64,000 nt of DNA from the human T2T-CHM13v2.0 reference genome, Homo sapiens: NCBI RefSeq assembly GCF_009914755.1, contig NC_060941.1. The stretch is one strand, 5' to 3'. The notes beneath the pieces were generated by a model, which worked only from the letters and a program-made list of their open reading frames with translations, made no database searches and was not told where the DNA came from. Shown piece by piece: positions 39,514-55,701 of this stretch. The position numbers and the translations under genes are program-made. Every line of letters begins with the position of its first letter. The stretch's first letter is position 1.

Positions 39514-41359
39514 TACCCTCTTCGGTTAAACTTATCGTATTTTAACTTTGAATATTTCGGTAATCATCTTAATATTTTCATCTCCCCTTTTTTACTGTTA
39601 TAACATTCTTGAAGCAAACTTCCACATTGTTATCAAATTGATATTTCTAGTATTTAATCAAATTATGTCAGTTTCTACTAAAATGTTTTCAAATACTTCT
39701 TATTTCCTGAAAGGAAAATCCAAAATGTTTCATGTGACCATAGGGATCTATGATTTGGTATTTTAGCCTCCTTTTTTTTTTTCCATTTCTTTTTATTCCT
39801 TGAAATTCAACAACACTGAAATACTCATAATTCCATGTTTATGCCAAGACAAGCCAGGGCCTCCATTTACTTTTCACTTGCTCAACCATTTGCTTTAAAT
39901 GATTTATCTCGATTTCACACTAACTACACTAATCCATTCTCTCACTCTTAGTTCAGTTGTTATTACCTATGATAAACTTGCTTATTTTCCCCCAAGGAAA
40001 TCTAGACCCTGTGTAGAGTTTAGAGAGCTTCACAATAACAAATGACATCTAATATTGGAGAGGTGGATTAAATACTTGCATCTTCCCTAAATTTCAAAAT
40101 AATTAAAGGAAAGTTCACTTTGAAACATATTTGTATATTCCCAGGGTATGCCACTTGAGAAGTGCTTTACAAATATCAGTGGAAATAATGCAAGCATAAA
40201 GGAATGCTCAAAAACTTGTCTGATAGTCCCAACTGCTCTTTCTTTTGATTCGTTCCAAACAAGTTTAGGTTTCTTTCTTACGTGGTGAATGGTACTAAAA
40301 ATTGTTCCTTTTTAAGCATACAAAAATTAAAGGAAAAACAAAGACCCACATAATCTAAATTGCTACACAATTTGATCATAACTACATTTTCTAAATCCTG
40401 ACAGGTTATCTTTAAATATAATAAAAGGAGCCAGAGAAAGCGAATCACGTTTCTATACATTTTAACATATAACTTCCCAAAAGAATGTAAGGAATTTTTT
40501 TTCTACAATTAACCTGACTACTCTTTTGGGAAGTTTCTAAAACTGTTATACATATTTCAAAATAATTTTCAGAGGAAATGCCTTGTACCTCATTACAATG
40601 TATTTAAAAGTGGTTAGCATGTTATGACAAAATACTCCAAAACTGTTTGAACACAAGTGTCATTAAAATTTGCAAATGGATTGTTGAGCCTTTAGAGATA
40701 CAGATGAACCATCTCTTCAAATTTTGAGAAGGTTTTGATCCATTAATAAAAAGGCGAAATAAGCAAATAATCAAAAAGCTATGTACATATGTTTGCATTT
40801 CAAAACACATATTGGCTTTTCACTCAAACAAAATAACGTAGAAAAGAAGTTGGGCTGGATATAAGGCTGACATGCTGAATTATAAATACCTGTAAAATAT
40901 CCAGGACAGTCCATCTGGAAGACAGAGGAAAACTTCAGTTTGAAACTTGAGAAAAATGTTTTAAATAAAAATATAGAGGGTTTGTTCAGTTATAGAGGGA
41001 TATTTGAAACTTTGGATGTAGTTCACCTAAAGGTAGTGTATAGAGGAGAACTTCTATGGGCCAGCTTCTGCAGCACCAACATTTGAGGTTAGACATAGCC
41101 AGATAAAGCCTGTAAAAGAAAAAACAAAGGTAGAAAATAAGGGCTCATATTTCATCTACTAAGGGCCACTGCACAAAGCCTGACATACAATATCCTTAAT
41201 ACATCACCATAATGTACACTAAATACATAATGTGTACAATTTAGCGTTACTCAAAATAACTTTGAATATCAAATGTTTGAATATCAAAACTTTGAATAAG
41301 AATGAAGATCAAAGAATACCTTCATTCAACAATGGATTTTTGTTTCTTCTTCATTTTCC

Positions 41360-42080
41360 TATTTGTTCACTCAAAGAAACATTTATTGAGTGGTGAACAA
41401 GTCAGAAAATATCTTTGCCTTGTGAAACTTAAAGTGGATTATGGACATTACACATGGAAAAAAGGGCATGAGTGAATTTTATATAATTATAGATGCTATG
41501 AGGGCAAAATAACTTTAAAACTAAATAGAGAGTAGAATGCTAGTGGTTGTGGGAGAGGGAGTAGCAAGAGTTGGATTCCTTGCTTTAGGTAAGGAGGTCA
41601 GAGCATCCTTTCTGGGAAACTGATGTTATGACAAAGATCTGTGTGACACAGAATCAAGTTTGTGCATATTTAGAGTAAACATTCCAAGCAAAAGTAATAA
41701 TTAGTGTAAAACTCTGTTGAAGGATGAACTTGACAATTTCGAGACTAGAAAGGGATGATATGGCTGAAGCCTAACGAAGGAGAAGAGTAATAAGTTAATC
41801 TGAGGTCAGAGAGGTAGCAAAAAGTCAAATTGTACAGGACATTATGAACCATGGAACATACTTGAATTTTATTTTAATTTAAGTAGAACACTTCTGGGGA
41901 GAGTTTAAGCACAGAAGGAGAAATTTTTGAAAGACTTTTGTTTTTATAAATTATTTTTTAAAAATAAAACTGGCTGCAGCTATACTGAGAGTGGACAATA
42001 GAGGAAGATGAGTGCCTCTCTGAAACTCTTCTTTCAGGAGATGTGTTGTCCGGGGTGGGGATGATAACAGTAGAAATTGT
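41360..42080 (-). mobile_element. L2 3' region
   Basis: ttcactcaaagaaacatttattgagtg; tgaggtcagagaggtagc; tttaagcacag. Confidence 0.7.
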
Positions 42081-42784
42081 AGTGGACAGTTATATTTCTA
42101 ATATATGTTACATATTTGACTAAGTGTTGGAGAAACAAAAGTGAGATGGATAGCCGTATACTTGAAATGTGTGTAGGCCATCTAAAAAGAAAAATAAATA
42201 ATGTGGTGACTGCTATAATTAAAAAAAGATAATGAAATATTCTAAAACACTCATGTTTGGAAGCTAGATGGATAAGAGTTCAAATACGAGTTCTGCAATT
42301 TATTAGATGTGATATCTCACGTGAAATATGTTTTGTTTATTTGAGATTGTGTTTTATTTATAAATACATACAAGATTAAATATGTCTTAAGATTTTACCT
42401 CGTCTCAACTCAGCATACAGATAACATAATCCCAATTAAAATCACAACAATCTATTTCATAGATATTAACAAACTGATTCTAAAGTGTATGTAGAAAAGA
42501 AGACCTTGAACACATAATACAATGCTGAAGAGGAAGAACAAAGTTAGAATGTTTATACTACCTAATTTCTATAACTCTGTAGTAAAATCTATAGAAATTC
42601 AGACAGTGTGGTACTGGTAAAGAATAGATACGTAGATTAATGGAGCAAAATAGCAAATCCAGAAATAGACACACAAATTTGTCAAGTTACAAAGGAACAA
42701 AGGCAAGTCAATAGAGAATGTAGAGTCATTTTAACAAACGGTTCTGAAATGATTGAACTTTCATATACAAGATAGAATAGAAAG

Positions 42785-42826
42785 ATATGCACACACATGC
42801 GCGCGCACACACACACACACACACAC
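42785..42826. repeat. Alternating purine-pyrimidine tract (CA)n(CG)n(CA)n
   Basis: atatgcacacacatgcgcgcgcacacacacacacacacacac. Confidence 0.95.
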
Positions 42827-43743
42827 CCCTACACAGACCTTATACCTTTCACCTAAATTAAGTCAAAAGGAGCATAAACCTAAGTGTAGAACATGCAACT
42901 ATAAAAATTCTAGAAGAAAACATGGAAGAAATGATGTGACTTTGGAACTGATGATGAGTTTTAATATGTAAAACTAAAACCATTAACCAAAAACAAAAAA
43001 GATAAGTTGCAATTTTTTTAATTGAAAACTTCTCATCTGTAAAATATACTATTACAAAAATGAATAGTCAAGAAACATAATGGAGGAATATATTTTAAAG
43101 GCAAATATTTAATAAATGTATCTGTCCAAAATATGCAAAGAACAATTAAATTGAACAAGAAGAAAAACAATAGGCAAAATAATATGCACAGACATTTTAT
43201 CAATAAAGATGAGCTAATGACAATAATCATATGAAAAGAGGATCAAAATTATCTGTGACTAGGGAATCTCAAATTGAAACAATAAGATAACACTACACAC
43301 TTATGAGAAATGCTAACAAGGACTTTCATGCATTGCTAAAGGAAATGCAAAATGCTACTTCCACTTTGGAAGAGAGACCATCAGTTTCTAATAAAATTAA
43401 ATGTAGTCTTGTCATGTGATCCTGCAATTACCCTACTATTTATCCAGCTTATTAAAATACGTATGTCCAGACCAAAAATTTATATGAATGGTATTTATTC
43501 ATAATTGATGAAAACAGGAAGTAACCAAGATGAGACATTCTTCAATATGTGAATAGATAAACAAACTGGGGAGCATCCATACAATAGTTATTTAGCAATA
43601 AGAAATAAAAAATATTAAGCCATGAAAATACATGGGAGAATTTTAAATGCATGCTGCTAAGTGGAATAAGCCAGTCTGTGAATGCTATATACTGTATGAG
43701 TCCAACTACATGCCATTCTGAAAAAGGAAAACAACAGTGACAG

Positions 43744-44203
43744 TATATTAGTTTACTGTGGCTGCTCTAGCAAATTACCACAAATTTGGCAGCTTAAAAC
43801 AACAGAAATAAATTTTTTCATAGTTGCAAAGGCCAGTAGTCTGAAATCAAGGTGTCAGGAGGGCTACACTCCCTCCAGAGGCACTGGGAGTCAATCCATT
43901 CTTTACATCTTCCAATATCTGGTAGATCCAAACATTCTTTGGCTGGTGACCACATCACTTCCATGTCTGCCTCAAGAATAATATTGCTTCCTTTTCTTCT
44001 CTGAGTGTCTTCTATCTGTTTGTTTCTCATAAGAACATTTGTCATTGGATTTAGTGCTCACCTGTGTCATTTAGGGTAGTCTCCTAATCTTGAGACCCTT
44101 TAATTATATCTGCAAAGATCCATTTTACAAATATGGTAGTATTCACAGGTTATAGGGTTAAGACAAGGACATAAATTTTAGGGACCATGATTGAGCCACC
44201 ACA
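43744..44203 (-). mobile_element. MLT1C MaLR LTR
   Basis: caaattaccacaaatttggcagcttaaaacaacagaaat; ctgaaatcaaggtgtc; ctacactccctccagagg. Confidence 0.85.
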
Positions 44204-46169
44204 AATGATAAATAGTGATTGTCAGCAGATCAGGGAGAAATGAAAGGTTGAAAAACTAAAGGACCAGTGGTTTTTCTTTAGGGTTGTAAAACTATAATAC
44301 TGGAATGGTGTACATAAAACACTATGTATATATCAAAAATTTATAAAACTTTATGGCACAGATATTGAACTTTAATATACAAAATTTTAAAAACCATGTT
44401 GGAGGATGGAGAAACCAAAGATGGAGTGAAGAGTATGACAAATCAATTAAATTGCATACAAAATCAGTGAACAACCGAGGTGAGAAAACTAATTCTGACC
44501 TAAGGAACTTTTGAAATGGGGAAAGTCTGCAAAACTAAAGCGACATGAAGCTTTACATAAGCACTGTACTTTAGTTGATAAAGTTGTTTCACACAGATTA
44601 CAGGTTAACAGTTCTGACCACTATACACGTATACTGGAGTTAAACAATTATGTAAGTGGATTGCTAATTGTGAGAGCCAGGCTTCTCACTGTTGGAGTAG
44701 GATGTTACAAATGAGCAAGGGGAGGAAGCTAAATTGATCCATATAATAGTATATTAGAATTGGAGATTTTAATTTGAACTTATGTCTGCTTCATATAGGT
44801 ACAGATGGTTACACATGGAAATATGTATAGATACCTTTCTGTACACTAGTTAGTACACACACATATATTTCCTTGCTGCATCAGCTGAGAGGACACAAAA
44901 ATCATGACACCCTGGTAGGAATGAGAACACTACGACTCAGATTTAGGTTTCTAAATCTATTCTATAAAAAATAAACCAGAGCTCATTGGAGAAATGGCCT
45001 ATTCAATGACTGGGGCAGGAAATAGACGAGATAAACCTGGAAAATCTTGTACTGCCAGAAAGCAAGAACGTCCTAAAAACAGACAAACAACAACAAAACC
45101 AACCACAAAGCCCTATAAGTATGGGAAGATGTCAAAATAGCTAGCACAGAAGTCAACTAAAAGAGCTCCTAATAATCAAATCTGAGAAAATGTAAACAAT
45201 ACAATTTTGTATTGGATTATAACACAAAATACAAAATAAGCATCCTAGCATTAACACTGACATAAATAAATATTTAACATATAAGTATATATGGGAGAAT
45301 AGACAAGTATCCCATAAAACACGAATTTCAAGTTTATGTAGATACCCCACCAGTGACAAGGTGGAACGTAAGCATCCGCCGTTAGCATGGGTAACAGATA
45401 GTGACTTCCTTGCAAAGAGTACAGTATGAGGATAAGAGTGACTTTATGGTGGAGAAATCTGACAAATTGTCACCCAGGTGATCAAGGTTAACATTGACAG
45501 GGATAAGTCATGTTGATAGCATGTATTCTTGATATGATGTGACTCAAATGGCACTTTATTTCTGTGATCTTACTCCCAGCAACACATACTCCCAGTCTAG
45601 TCATGACAGAAACTTCAGATAAATGTTAACTGAGAAACATTTTGCACAATACCTGCAAAGTACTCTTCTAAAAGTGTCAAGGTTATCAAAGTCAAAGAAA
45701 TGCTGAGAAATTGTCACAACCAAAAGAAGCCTAGGGAGACATGATACTTACGTTCAATGTGATGTCCTGGATGGATTATGGCTGAAAAAGTACATTAAGA
45801 AAATGTGTAGGAAATCTAAATTTAATGTGGATCTTATTTGATGATAATGTATCAATATATTCTCACGCTGAATAAGTGAATCATCCTCAAGAATTAAATA
45901 CTGTTCAATATTTCACAAAGAGTCAAGTCTCCCACTATTGCCAATATTGTCCTTTTTGATTGTAACCATTGTGTTTTGAAATCCAACATATTTCTAACAA
46001 AAGCCTTTGTAAAGGCTTTCACATTCTCCTCCTCCAAAAATTTCGTCTTTTCTTTCTCTGCATTCTTAGGACACTCTGCTTTTAAGAACACATGGTACTT
46101 GAGATGTGCAATTTTTCTGTCTGTGAGAGTGTGAGCTTTTGAACACTGAGCTTCTTAGAGTTAGAATAA

Positions 46170-46400
46170 CACAGAGGTTAGAATATGAACATTCAATCAA
46201 GTGGACGTGGGATGCCATCATAGTTATTCCATTTTCCATGGATATTATTTAAACCCTTTGTGCTTCAGGTTCCCCACTCTAAAAATAGTACCTAATTATA
46301 AGAATATTTTGATAAACAAATGAACTAATATGTAAACAATTAGGAAAGTCCTGTTATATGGAGTGAACTATATAGGGATTCGTCATTATTATCGTTACTA
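46170..46400 (+). mobile_element. MIR
   Basis: ttatttaaaccctttgtgcttcaggttcccc...aatagtaccta. Confidence 0.65.
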
Positions 46401-46925
46401 TTATTTAGAGTATATTATTATTGTCATTGTTCCATTATTTACAGTAATACATATTATATATTATAGTAAGCAAGGGTTTATTGGGCATCTATTATTTTTC
46501 TTCTCAAGTTTAATAAACACTATGGAATTAAATGCAGCCAGTTTATTGATATTCATGAATCTGTGATGTGAATTTACAAAATAAGTTTAAAGAATTGTAA
46601 ACTCCAAATCTCATCCATATAGTAGGTTTTTCCGCCCACCCCACTAAAGCTGAAGGAATCCAATAAATATTTTCTCACAGAGCATGAGTAATAGGAGAAT
46701 GACAAAGGCTGTTAAATAAACTGGATAGGTTTCTATTATGTTAAGAAACAATATTGTTGGGAGTTTGACAAGATGACTTTCACACAAAGAAAAAACAGTT
46801 GCCCCTTTAGTAAGACAAAATGTTAATTAGCCCAGAGACCCCCTCGACTTGAATGTATGAGATATGGGTATGGTATTTTATACTTCATATGCATGATAAG
46901 TTATTTTGGAATATATAAAACAAGG

Positions 46926-47256
46926 GGCTGGGGCAGTGGCTCATTCCTGTGTTCCCAACACTTTGGGAGGCCAAGTGAGGAGGATTGCTTGAGCCCAGGA
47001 ATTCAACACCAGCCTGAGAAACATAACAATAACTCATCTCCACCAAAACAAACAAACAAACAAACAAAAATTAGCCCAGTGTGATGGTGTGAGCCTGTGG
47101 TCCCAGATACTCTGGGACACTGAGTGGGAGGATTCTTTGAGCCCGGGAGATTGAAGCTACGTTGAGCAAGGATCATGGCACTGCACTCCAGCCTTGGGGA
47201 CAGAGTGAGATCCTGTCTCAAAAATGAATAAATAAAAGAAGGAATGAATAAATAAA
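46926..47256 (+). mobile_element. AluJ
   Basis: gaggattgcttgagcccagga; (AAAC)n central linker; high divergence. Confidence 0.92.
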
Positions 47257-48560
47257 TATATTCATACATGCACACAAGTTTTAAAAAATAAAACATTTAA
47301 TATCTGTTCTCTGGGTGTAAGAAATTCATAAACACAAGAATGAGAAGTATATAGAGGTTTCTGTTTTTATACTAATATAGCAGGGAAATTATCACAACTT
47401 AAACATAATAAAATCCGTTTGCATTTCCTAAAATTCCTACATCAGCCTTGACTTCAAACACTCTTATTCCCAGGGCAATATTAAAATGCCATCTTACTGA
47501 AGGTTCACAATTTATTTAAGAATTTCTTAACCTTCAAATTCACTAGCATTTTTGATATATATATGGATAGATAGATATAGATATATCCCAAAATATCTTT
47601 TCCGACATATCACTTTTACCTCTTATCAAGGTATGAAAGAATGTTGCAGACCAACAAGCAATCATATATCCCCAAACATGTTTTGCTCTTTTTGACTGCT
47701 GTCATTTCCTAGGCACTGAAAAAAATCACACATAGCAGTTAACTTTAAGATCTTCAGAAACACAAGCATCAGGTTCCTCCCAAGCTGCCTGTCTATTTGA
47801 AAACAGTGTATTCAACCAAGAGTAATTTTTTTGTGTGCGGCTGACTTTAACTGCTGTTCCTTTTTTCCATCAGAATTTTCTACTCTTGAAGATATATGTT
47901 GTAGTCTGAAAACCATCACCACGTTGGTTGCTGTCATGTGTAGCGTGGAACTCAGGAGAAACCACTTAAAGATTTACAAAGCATTTTAGAACATTTTACC
48001 CTCTTATTAGATTTGCATGTATTCACATTGTGATTATCCCAAATGTAATTAGCCTTTTCTGTTTGCCAATTATCTGGGAAGATTTGCCAAATGCATCCTG
48101 ACGGTATTCTGACAGAAACTTGCAGCAGTTACAAATTATCAACAATAAGTTCAGTTACGCCATAGTGTAATTCTATGCTACATGAAGAATGAATGCTATT
48201 TATTCATGTGATGGCAGAAACACTCTAAGGAATTTCTGTCAAAGAGAGGTGGGTCATTATTTGTTGGAATGAAAAAGCCATTAGGCAGCACAATATATAA
48301 ATCTCAACTAAGAAAAAATGCTTTTTTGGTCTCATCTCCATAACTTTCTACAGCTTAATGCAAAGCAAAGGAGATAATCAGCTCTTAAGAATCCATATCA
48401 ATAGTAAAAAACCAGTCATCCTGATATTTTGCAAAAAGGTATATATTTTTCTTTAAAAAGTGATGTGCGTGCGGATATATAATTTTTAAATGAAGTAATT
48501 AAGTAACATGGTAAACTCATGGCAATTTTCTTTCCTTCCTATTAGAAACTGAAAAGGCTT

Positions 48561-48860
48561 GCCAGGCATGGTGGCTCACACCTGTAATCCCAGCACTTTA
48601 AGAAGCCAAGGAGGGAGGATCACTTGAGCCAGGAGTTTGAGACCAGCCTGGGCAACAGGACGAAACCTTGTCTCTACTAAAAATACAAAAATTAGCCAGG
48701 CGTGGTGGTGCATGCCTGTGGTCCCAGTTACACAGGAGGCTGAAGCAGGAGAATGACTTGAGTCCAAAAGGCAAAGGTTGCCCTGAGATGAAATCACAGC
48801 ATTGCACTCCAGTCAGGGAAGTAAAACCCTGTATCAAGAAAAGAAAAAAGAAAAAAAGAA
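48561..48860 (+). mobile_element. AluJb/AluS
   Basis: Full dimer with A-rich tail. Confidence 0.92.
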
Positions 48861-49338
48861 AAGCTGATAAAAACTCAGCTTACAGATGAGCAAATCTTTC
48901 TAAGTCTGCTGGTTATCTTTTAAAAATTTATTTGAGTAGAAAAATAATTGTCTATGTTTAAACTGTATTGTGTTTGTGTGGTTTTCTTAAGACAATTGAA
49001 AGTAAGACACTGTATTTTATCTTAAAAAGCCATAGGTTTAAACAGATTGGATGACAGGAAAATTTGGCACCAATAAAAATAGACATGGTAAAAGAATGAA
49101 CTGTGAATGACCAGTAAACTTATAAAAGTGTTCATACTCACCAGTAATCAAGAAAATGCAAATTAATTTAACAATAAAATGACCTTTTTACCTCTGAGAA
49201 AAAAACAAGATGAAAATAAATGACTGTACAGTAGATTAGTATTACCTACCTATAGATTTATCTGTCTAACTATCTGTCTTAGCACAGGATTTGAGACAAC
49301 TTAGAGGAAATAAAACTACCTAACAATAACACACATAT

Positions 49339-49339
<1 letters not shown>

Positions 49340-49371
<32 letters not shown>
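49340..49371. repeat. (CA)16
   Basis: Direct read. Confidence 0.95.
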
Positions 49372-49374
<3 letters not shown>

Positions 49375-50241
49375 CAGGTAAAATATAAAAATAGAATAAA
49401 TATCATCACCCAAATGGAAAGCTAGTTTTTAAATAGAATTATTCCATATGTATGCAAATACAATTTGCCTTTAGCGTCACTTTTTATTCTAAAAAGAACT
49501 GTTGCTTGAGTGATAATTTACATGATTTTTTTAAAGCAGGCATTAGCTGAGTTTAATGTGGAAGAGATACTGAAATTCTAAGAAAATGAGAAGTATTAAA
49601 AGTTTCCAAGAGCATAATTATATAGGCAGTCTATTAATTTGAGTGCACCAAGTCAAAGGATTGATCCTTTGGTAAGGCCTCTATGCCTTATGTGGAACTG
49701 TCAAAATCAATAACCCAGGAGCATAACCAAACTAGAAAGAGCACAGCCTTCATGAATACTATAGTACGTGTTCAAATCAATTCTTTGATTAAGGTAATCA
49801 GGATGGCTAGCGCCTCTACTCATCTATGAGAAGTTAACAGAAATATTTAATGGGGTAATTCCAAAACTTATTTAATTTTAACATTTTTTCCTATTAACAC
49901 ATAACAGTAAAAAATTTAAGCATATAACGAGACATTATTTGTAATGAAAATCCAAAAATAGTGACATTAAAAGGAACGCACATTGAACCCACGTGCAAAA
50001 TTATCAGAGACTTCAAATAATTCAGATTAATACTCTCAATTTAAAAAAAAATATTAGAGAACAGAAAGCTCTATAAGCAAATAGAAATTCTAGAACTGAA
50101 AAATATAATACTTAAAATTAAGTTGTTAAAGGATAGACTTACCAACAAATGAGCTACAGTTTAAGAGAATTAGGAAAGCAGAAAACATATGAAATAAAAT
50201 TATGTAAAAAACGTGAAATAAAAAAATGTAATTAAGCATTA

Positions 50242-50954
<713 letters not shown>

Positions 50955-52164
50955 TTTGTAAAAAAAGAGGATGGAAGATAAAAACAGAAAATAAACATGA
51001 AAAAGATATAGTCCTTATAATACCAGAAGGAGAGGCGAGATATAAGAGAGAATATGAAATATTTCAAGATGAAAATAAGAGAATTTTCTCAAAGTAGTTT
51101 AAAAGAAATCAAGCCACAAAATCAAGAAGCACTGTAATACTCATGTAAAAAATATTTTTAAAAGACATAAGTAAAATTGTCATGATAAAAATCTTAAAAT
51201 CAGACTTATAATGTCACATTATCTTTAAAGTTGTAAGTATGAGACTAAAAGGTGTGAGACACCAAAATCATTTGGATTATATCTTCAAGTTGTTGTTGGG
51301 ATGGGGGGTGGCAGAAGGAAGGTCAGGTTGAAATTCCATACCAAGTAAAAAATGTTATTAAATGGTTGAGGTTAAACATTATCAGGCAAATAAAACTTAC
51401 TCAGACACAAAAGACCTGCATTAAAAGATATACTAATAAGTTTTCCTAACAGAGAAATAAATGAACCCATATGGAAGTTTGGAGGTAGAAGGTAAAGACC
51501 AACAAAAGTACATATAAACATGATAAATCTAAAAATATTGATTGCAAAAAACAATGTAACAATTATACTGGAATTTGTGTAACAGAAGGTAATAGCATGA
51601 GTTGGTAGAGAGTGAAAAATATTATTATAATGTTATAGAGTCATTCTTTTGTTGGGAAGAGGTAAACATTTGGACTTGCATACACTCTGATGGATCAAAG
51701 ACTAATGATGCAATCTCCAGGAAAGATGCTAAAATAAAAAGTAAAATAATGTATAATTATCAAGATAATAAAGAGACAGTATGAGATAAATAGCAAGTAG
51801 TTGAATAGTATATTTAAATTTAAATGTATAACTATCCACATTACATGTAAATAGCCAATTTTTTCCAATTGAAAGACAAAATTTTAGATTTTTTTAAAAA
51901 AAATACTGCATTCTGCTTAAAAGAGTCAAATCTACATTAAATAAATACAAAGAAGATTAATGCATAAAGAAAAATATATTCTAAGCAAAATTAAACAACA
52001 AAATCATGGTGCTACTGCAATACAGAAAAATTAGAACTAAAAAAAACTGCATGAGAAAAGGCCATTAAATGCTAAAAAGTAAATACCAGAGAGATATAAA
52101 ATGTAAGATTTTTGTACATTAAAAAACCTACCCTAAAATATGTAAAACATATAGTGTCAGAAAT

Positions 52165-52467
<303 letters not shown>

Positions 52468-52971
52468 AGAAATGCATATACCTACAATTATTTTGGGTGT
52501 ATGTTTATGCACCTATCTCAGGCTGTGGTACATAATATAGACAATATTGTATTATGTATTACTAACAAAATATTTTATCAACCAAATTAATAATTGCCTG
52601 GTTGATTTTTATGAAAGATTGAAGTATGTGTATAATTTATAAGTTCTCAGGAACATTTCCATATTGATAGTATCTGCATTATACACTTTTGAGAATGTGG
52701 TTTTTGACCACTGTGGAATTGGCAAGGAAAGAATGACAGAAAGCTAGAAAATATCCATGTGTTTGAAAATTAACACACATATTTATAGCTCAAGTCAAGA
52801 AAGACAACATACTAAAATTACAAACCATTTAAAGTATATTTTAATTAAAATGTGAAATTAACAAAAATACAGGGTGAAGTCAAAGGATTTGAAAAATATG
52901 CTTTTATAAAGGCCATTATGAAGAAAATATATTCGAAATGTATGTGACAAGTATTCACCTTAAGAAAATAA

Positions 52972-54416
<1,445 letters not shown>

Positions 54417-54633
54417 AAGAAAATATTATCAAAATAGAAGAAAATTAAAAATATAAGAAAATAATATTTATGTATAAGAAACTAATGAAATAGAAAACAA
54501 ATAAAAAATTTACACAGCATAAATTGAACCAAGAGTTGTTTCTTTCAATTCAGGATAGTAATTAACTTTGGGGAAGAAAGAAGTTGTAAGGGGCAGAGGT
54601 AAAAAAAAAAAGCATATTCTGTTGTGCTAATAA

Positions 54634-54976
<343 letters not shown>

Positions 54977-55616
54977 AACATTCTATTTCTTGACTAGCAG
55001 GCCTGTTATGAATATTTCCTCGGTAAAAATTAACTTGCTATAAAATTACAATCTGGGTACCTTTGGGTATGTGTGTTGTACTTCAATACAGCTTTGAAAA
55101 TTACAAAGAAATAAATGTAGTAATTTTGAGTATAAAGTTTTCATTTCTATATTGTTGCCATGGCAAATTATTTAAAATGAGTTACGCTGGTCTTCTTTGA
55201 CCAAGCCATTCTTGACTATAAGTTAATGAGCAAATGGTAGTTGGGTACGTATGATATTTGAAGAATCATTGCAAGAGAAAAAAACAGAGTGATAGTGAAA
55301 AAGTAGTCTTTGTCCTTAAATATCTCAATAGACAATACTATTACTACAAGCCATATTGAAATAATTATTTTAAATAAAATAATCAAAATGCTCTGATAAT
55401 AAAAAATAAGGAACAATAAATTACAAATTAAAGTTTTTATGAATGTGTTAGAATTTAAACTACCTACTGATGTATGATCAATATCTGCCAAAATAAAGAA
55501 GAAATGGTAGAAAAGCACTTCAGGTTAAGGCATAAGGGTCACACTGTAGTGGAAAAGTCAGAGAATGGTAAATAAACTGGTACAGCTAAAAACATGTATA
55601 TATACATATGTATATA

Positions 55617-55701
55617 TCCAAGTTCCCTGATGACATGAGAAATGAGATTATGGAAGATGGTAGTAAATGATAGTTTGCTTCATGTCATCAGGGAACTTGG
55701 A
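55617..55701. repeat. Perfect 22-bp inverted repeat with 41-nt spacer
   Basis: tccaagttccctgatgacatga (55617-55638) / tcatgtcatcagggaacttgga (55680-55701). Confidence 0.95.

Larger units (their letters stand above)
42410..45890 (+). mobile_element. L1MC3-like ORF2 end and long 3' UTR
   Basis: cagacagtgtggtactggt; gagagccaggcttctcactgttggagt; cagggataagtcatgttgatagc. Confidence 0.8.
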
